In this document: in pieces, positions 59,522 to 64,000 of the stretch
Layout of the letters: each line of letters opens with the position of its first letter
Position numbering within the stretch: position 1 is the first letter of the stretch
Source of the DNA: Candidatus Bipolaricaulota bacterium
GTDB lineage: Bacteria > Bipolaricaulota > Bipolaricaulia > UBA7950 > UBA9294
NCBI GenBank assembly: GCA_040752575.1
Contig: JBFMGK010000066.1
Location: 14,640 to 78,639, forward strand
Reading direction: 5' to 3'
Length of the DNA: 64,000 nucleotides
Position numbers and translations under genes: made by a program
Notes under the pieces: model-generated
What the model was told of the DNA's origin: nothing
The model's input: only the letters and a program-made list of their open reading frames with translations
The model's database searches: none

Positions 59522-59761
59522 CTAGCTCTCGCGGTAGACGATTCTCCCCTTGGTCAAATCATACGGGGACATCTCGACGATGACGCGATCGCCCGTGAGG
59601 ATCCTGATGTAGTGCTTCCGGATCCTGCCTGAGATGTGACAGAGAATGACGTGCCCATTCGTGAGCTGAACGCGGAACGTCGAGCCCGGCAGGCTCTCCG
59701 TCACCTCGCCCCGCTGGCGGATCACGTCCTCTTTCTTGCCACGAGGTTCATTCGTCGCCAC
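59522..59761 (-). CDS. infA: Translation initiation factor IF-1
   Basis: [36 protein letters not shown] before GTG 59761. Confidence 0.95.
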   Translation of the reverse strand: MATNEPRGKKEDVIRQRGEVTESLPGSTFRVQLTNGHVILCHISGRIRKHYIRILTGDRVIVEMSPYDLTKGRIVYRES

Positions 59762-60524
59762 TACGCCTTCCTTCACCTCCCTGGGTCAGGACTATCGTTC
59801 CTTCCTGCATGAGAGCCACGGTATGCTCGAAATGCACTGCAAGTCCCCCGGACGCCGTTTCGACGGTCCACCCGTCGGCGCGCACCCGCGTCGGCAGGTC
59901 GTCCGTCTTGAGCATCGGCTCGATGGCCAACGTCATGCCAGCCCGCAACCGTACGCCGCGTCCCGGCGGCCCGTAGTTCGGGATCTGGGGGTCCTCGTGC
60001 AGCGCTCTCCCGATTCCGTGCCCAACGTACTCCTTCACGACATAGAACCCGTTCGCTTGAATATGGGTCCCTATCGCGTGAGAGACGTCTGACAACCGCT
60101 TGCCGATTGTAGCTTCTTTGATCCCCTCTCTCAAGCTCTGTTCGCCCACCTCGAGCAGACGCGCCGCATCCTCGGACACCTCGCCCACGGGGACCGTGGT
60201 CGCCATGTCCACGCAGAACCCGTCTCGTACCATCCCGATGTCGATCGAGAACAGGTCTCCCTCGCGCAGCACCCGCTGAGGACTGGGAATCCCGTGCACG
60301 ATCTCCTCGTTCAGCGAAGCGTTGATCACTCCCGGGAATCCAGCCAACCGATCGAACGCCGACTCGCCGCCGCAGGCGCGAATCCACTCGTCGGCCCGCT
60401 CGTTGAACCACGCCGTCGTTCTTCCCGGACGCACCTCTTCCACGAGTCGCTCCAGAATCTCCGCCAGAAGTCGGCCGTTCTCACGCATGGCCGAGATCTC
60501 AGCAACCGATTTCAGGACGATCAT
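59748..60524 (-). CDS. map: Methionine aminopeptidase type I
   Basis: VHGIP, DIG...D, GHGIG, HEDP, EPM, HFEHT. Confidence 0.96.
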   Translation of the reverse strand: MIVLKSVAEISAMRENGRLLAEILERLVEEVRPGRTTAWFNERADEWIRACGGESAFDRLAGFPGVINASLNEEIVHGIPSPQRVLREGDLFSIDIGMVRDGFCVDMATTVPVGEVSEDAARLLEVGEQSLREGIKEATIGKRLSDVSHAIGTHIQANGFYVVKEYVGHGIGRALHEDPQIPNYGPPGRGVRLRAGMTLAIEPMLKTDDLPTRVRADGWTVETASGGLAVHFEHTVALMQEGTIVLTQGGEGRRSGDE

Positions 60525-61150
60525 GCACTCAGAATCCGGAGGATCTCCTCGAACACCGCGTCGCTCCCCACATCGCCTCGAACCGACCGCAAGAGGCCGC
60601 GCTCCCGATAGTATGCGATGAGCGGCGATGTCGATCGCTCGTAGACATCGTAGCGATTCTCGATGACGGAAGCCGTGTCATCATCGCGCTGGTACAGCTC
60701 CCCGCCGCACGTCGGGCACTTCGTCTCGCCGGGCTTGAGGTTGAACGTTAGGTTGAAGATGGCGCCACACGAACGGCAGACGCGCCGCGCCGCAAGCCGG
60801 CGAACCACCTCGTCGCGAGACAGGTCGATGGTGATGACCACGTCAATCGCAGTGATCGTCTCAAGGGCCTTTGCCTGGGCCACGGTTCTGGGGAATCCAT
60901 CGAGCAGGAAGCCCGATGCGCCGGTCAGCCGTCCCCGAACCATGTCGATGATCAAGGCGTCGGGAACGAGTTCCCCGCGATCCATGTACCCCTTTGCCTT
61001 CTCGCCGAGCGGCGTCCTTCTTGCCACCTCGTCGCGGAGGACATCCCCGGTGGAAAGATGGGCAAGTCCGAGCGCTGCCGTCACCCGCTTCGCCTGCGTC
61101 CCCTTGCCCGCCCCCGGAGGTCCGAGGAACACGATCCGCCGTCCCGCCAC
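60521..61150 (-). CDS. adk: Adenylate kinase (Zn-binding lid)
   Basis: GPPGAGKGT, LDGFPRT, CxxC...CxxC lid, QRDDD. Confidence 0.97.
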   Translation of the reverse strand: MAGRRIVFLGPPGAGKGTQAKRVTAALGLAHLSTGDVLRDEVARRTPLGEKAKGYMDRGELVPDALIIDMVRGRLTGASGFLLDGFPRTVAQAKALETITAIDVVITIDLSRDEVVRRLAARRVCRSCGAIFNLTFNLKPGETKCPTCGGELYQRDDDTASVIENRYDVYERSTSPLIAYYRERGLLRSVRGDVGSDAVFEEILRILSA

Positions 61151-61152
61151 GA

Positions 61153-62442
61153 CTAGCCCCTCCTCCCCAGCAGACGCCCTGACTTCGTCAAGCTCTCGTA
61201 GTGTCGCATGACCAGATGCGCCTCGACCTGCATCAGAGTGTCGATTCCGACGCCAACCACGATGAGCAGAGACGTTCCGCCGATCAGGAACATCGTCTGG
61301 AGGTTGCTGACCGCGGAGAGGATGTACGGGAGAATCGCAATCGCCGACAGGAACACCGCACCGATGAGCAGGATGCGGTTCATGATCGACGTAACGTAGT
61401 CCGCCGTCGGCTGCCCCGGCCGAACCCCGGGGATGAAGCCACCGGCCTCGCGCACGTTCTTCGCGATGTCATTCGGATCAAACACGATCGAGCTGTAGAA
61501 ATAGGTGAAGAAGAAGATAAGCAGGACGTACAGCCCCATGTAGAGCGGGCTCCCCGACTGGATGATGTACAGATGAGACTTGAGCGCCGGAATCGCTTCG
61601 AAGAGCGTAACCGGCAGACTCAGGAGTGCCGAGGCGAAGATGATCGGGATGACGCCGCCCTGATTGACGCGCAGCGGCAGATGCGAGGAGTGCCCGCCAT
61701 AGATCCGTCGCCCCATCGTCCGCTTCGCATACTGAATCTGAATCTTGCGCTGTCCTTGCTGCACCATGACCATCGCAGCGACGACAACGACCAGCAGGGC
61801 AATGAAAACAAGACCCCAGATCGGACTCGCCGACCCCGTGCTGATACTCGTGACCATCGAGTTGATCGACGACGGGAACCTCGACAGAATGCCAATCATG
61901 ATCAGCATGCTGATACCGTTTCCGATCCCATTCTCCGTGATGCGCTCGCCGAGCCACATCAGGAAGATCGTCCCCGTCGTGAGCGCCACGACCGTCGTCA
62001 CGTAGAAGAGAATCCCCGTACCCTCGGTCGCCGCTCCCCGAATCAGCGTCGTCATGAACGCGCCTTGGACGATCGCGAGCGCAACGGTAGCCCAACGCGT
62101 GTAGGCCGTGATCTTTCTCCGTCCTTCACGGCCCTGCTGCTGCATCTCCTTCAACTTCGGAACCACCGATGTCAACAGACTGAAGATGATCGACGCGTTG
62201 ATATACGGCGTCACGCCGAGGGCGAAAAGGGAGAACTGCTGCAGCGCCCCCCCGGTGAACATGTTCATGAAGTCGAAGATGCCGCCGCTTCCGGTCGAGA
62301 ACACCTGACGAAGCAGGTCCTTGCTCACCCCGGGCACGGTGATGTGCGTTCCTACACGGAAGACGATGATCGCCCCCAGCGTGAACAGGATACGTTTGCG
62401 CAGTTCAGGAACACGAAAGAGACTCGCGATCTTCTCCCACAT
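61153..62442 (-). CDS. secY: Preprotein translocase SecY
   Basis: FALGV.PYI.ASI, WLGE.IT..GIGNG.S, GVIPIIFA, FIPG.RPG, GGTSLLI.VGV. Confidence 0.97.
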   Translation of the reverse strand: MWEKIASLFRVPELRKRILFTLGAIIVFRVGTHITVPGVSKDLLRQVFSTGSGGIFDFMNMFTGGALQQFSLFALGVTPYINASIIFSLLTSVVPKLKEMQQQGREGRRKITAYTRWATVALAIVQGAFMTTLIRGAATEGTGILFYVTTVVALTTGTIFLMWLGERITENGIGNGISMLIMIGILSRFPSSINSMVTSISTGSASPIWGLVFIALLVVVVAAMVMVQQGQRKIQIQYAKRTMGRRIYGGHSSHLPLRVNQGGVIPIIFASALLSLPVTLFEAIPALKSHLYIIQSGSPLYMGLYVLLIFFFTYFYSSIVFDPNDIAKNVREAGGFIPGVRPGQPTADYVTSIMNRILLIGAVFLSAIAILPYILSAVSNLQTMFLIGGTSLLIVVGVGIDTLMQVEAHLVMRHYESLTKSGRLLGRRG

Positions 62443-62891
62443 CAGGCAATCACCTCGGCTCTGCCGCCGGCCGCCTCGATCTTGCGCTTCGCCTCCGCGC
62501 CAAAGCGATGTGCCCGCACGGTGAGCGGCTTCGTGATCTCCCCTCGTCCGAGCACCTTCACCAGCACGTCGCGCCCGTTGACCAACCGCATCTCCATAAG
62601 ACGCTCCGGGGTTACAGCGTCGTTCGCCGCGAATCGCTCGTCGAGCGTATCCACGTTCACGCACGCGTATTCCACTCGCGCGATGTTGTGGAAACCCCGC
62701 TTCGGAACGCGCATCCAGATTGGCGTTTGACCGCCCTCGTATCCAAGGCGCGTGCCCCCGCCCGAGCGCGAGTTCTGCCCCTTCATGCCACGCCCCACGG
62801 TGTGACCGCCGTGCCCCGACCCGCCACCCCGTCCGACGCGCTTGCGCCGGTGCTTGCTCCCCTCGGTCGGGCGAAGATCCTCAAGCCGCAT
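62442..62891 (-). CDS. rplO: 50S ribosomal protein L15
   Basis: R.GRG.GSG, GRG.KGQ.SR, EGGQ.P, K.LG.G. Confidence 0.96.
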   Translation of the reverse strand: MRLEDLRPTEGSKHRRKRVGRGGGSGHGGHTVGRGMKGQNSRSGGGTRLGYEGGQTPIWMRVPKRGFHNIARVEYACVNVDTLDERFAANDAVTPERLMEMRLVNGRDVLVKVLGRGEITKPLTVRAHRFGAEAKRKIEAAGGRAEVIA

Positions 62892-63378
62892 GGGCGACCT
62901 CCTCAGGTGCCGCGATGCCGCGCAGCGCCTCGATCTCGCGCCGGCTGCGGAGCTGCGCGAGCCCATCCAGAGCGGCTCTCGACAGCGTCAGCGGGTTCGT
63001 GGTGCCAATGGACTTCGTGAGCACGTTCTCGATGCCGGCCAATCGGCAAATCGCGCCCACCGTGACGCCCGCGATGATCCCCGTTCCCGGGTGGGCCGGC
63101 TTCAACAGGACGTGGCCGGCCTTGAATCGGCCGTGCACTTCGTGCGGGATCGTCAAGCCGTCCATATTCACGGTGACCATAGCCTTCTTGGCGTCGCGAA
63201 TCGCCTGCTGGATAGCGCGCGGGATCTCCGTCGTGCTCCCAACGCCGACTCCGACGTGACCCTTGCGGTCTCCGACGACCATCGTCACTCGGAACCGCAG
63301 GTTCCGGCCACCCTTCGTGACCTTGCTCACGCGCCGGATGTCGATGATCTCGTTCTCGAACTCGTCGTGGCTGATCAA
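62881..63378 (-). CDS. rpsE: 30S ribosomal protein S5
   Basis: RVSKVTKGGR, VVGD, PA.PGTG.IAG; TTG start overlapping the rplR stop. Confidence 0.96.
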   Translation of the reverse strand: MISHDEFENEIIDIRRVSKVTKGGRNLRFRVTMVVGDRKGHVGVGVGSTTEIPRAIQQAIRDAKKAMVTVNMDGLTIPHEVHGRFKAGHVLLKPAHPGTGIIAGVTVGAICRLAGIENVLTKSIGTTNPLTLSRAALDGLAQLRSRREIEALRGIAAPEEVAHAA

Positions 63379-63740
63379 AAGTCCAGTCCTCCCTCGCGAC
63401 AAGCCTCCGCAAAGGCCGATATCACGCCATGGTACGGGTATCCACCCCGATCGAAGACGACGGCCACGACGCCGGCTTTCGCCGCCCGTTCCGCCAGTTT
63501 CGCCGCGACCTTCGCCGCTGCCACGCGGTTGGGCCCCTTCACGTCGCTACGCACCTCAGGGTCAAGCGTCGACGCCTGCGCGAGGGTTCGCCCCGCTCCG
63601 TCGTCGATCACCTGGGCGTAGAGGTGATGCAGCGTCTTCGTCACGCAGAGCCGAGGCCGCACGCTCGATCCGACCACGTGTTTGCGGATCCGGCGGTGAC
63701 GCTTCTCGCGCTCAGCGGCTCGGTTCGTCAGCCTGGCCAT
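63375..63740 (-). CDS. rplR: 50S ribosomal protein L18
   Basis: RPRL.V, YAQ.IDD, VFDRGGY.YHG, REGGL.F. Confidence 0.96.
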   Translation of the reverse strand: MARLTNRAAEREKRHRRIRKHVVGSSVRPRLCVTKTLHHLYAQVIDDGAGRTLAQASTLDPEVRSDVKGPNRVAAAKVAAKLAERAAKAGVVAVVFDRGGYPYHGVISAFAEACREGGLDF

Positions 63741-63754
63741 TCTTCCCACGCTCC

Positions 63755-64000
63755 CTAGCTCGCCCCGCCGGGGCCGCCCAGCTTGCCCGCCTTCTGAATG
63801 ACGATCTCGTCCTTGTAACGGATCCCCTTGCCGTCGTACACGTTGGGCTTGCGCAGCGCGCGGATCTTCGCGGCCACCTGCCCGACCTCGCGCTTGTCGG
63901 CGCCGCGCAGGACGATCTCATTCGGATTCGGCAGTTCGGCCTCGATGCCTTGCGGCAGGGGGTACTCCTTCGGCCCGGCGTAACCGAGGTCGAGGATGAG
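63755..64000 (-). CDS. rplF: 50S ribosomal protein L6 (C-terminal part; gene starts beyond the window)
   Basis: Own translation: ...G.DK..VGQVAAKIR.LRKPNVYDGKGIRY...KAGK. Confidence 0.93.
   Translation of the reverse strand, partial: LILDLGYAGPKEYPLPQGIEAELPNPNEIVLRGADKREVGQVAAKIRALRKPNVYDGKGIRYKDEIVIQKAGKLGGPGGAS

Overview
GC-rich bacterial chromosomal segment with about 65 genes and no integrase, transposase, prophage or CRISPR array. The NusG, EF-Tu and PKD-lipoprotein features suggest a deep-branching anaerobe, possibly Bipolaricaulota/Acetothermia; this taxonomy is inference only. It holds two core information-processing blocks on the minus strand: the end of the spc/alpha operon (rplF'-rplR-rpsE-rplO-secY-adk-map-infA-rpmJ-rpsM-rpsK-rpsD-rpoA-rplQ) and the tRNA-tuf-rpmG-tRNA-Trp-secE-nusG-rplKAJL-rpoB cluster. 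Between and around them are amino-acid fermentation genes (tnaA, kbl, tdh, ridA, dipeptidase, iorAB, hydantoinase/oxoprolinase), a divergent molybdo-hydroxylase/ssnA/ygfK purine-catabolism-type locus, hypCDE, DNA repair genes and several uncharacterised envelope proteins. The main oddities are: rpoB is not followed by rpoC; RpoB has a heavily altered rifampicin pocket; NusG carries a ~175-aa insertion; EF-Tu lacks the canonical RGITI switch-I motif; S11 lacks its HNG tail; a degenerate EF-G paralog is coupled to a CBS-ACT protein; an uncharacterised protein has two fused P-loop kinase domains; and a threonine-synthase-like enzyme sits inside the ssnA-ygfK locus, whose divergent promoters contain a palindromic operator. 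Start codons were re-picked by eye from RBS and overlap evidence. No database searches were run.
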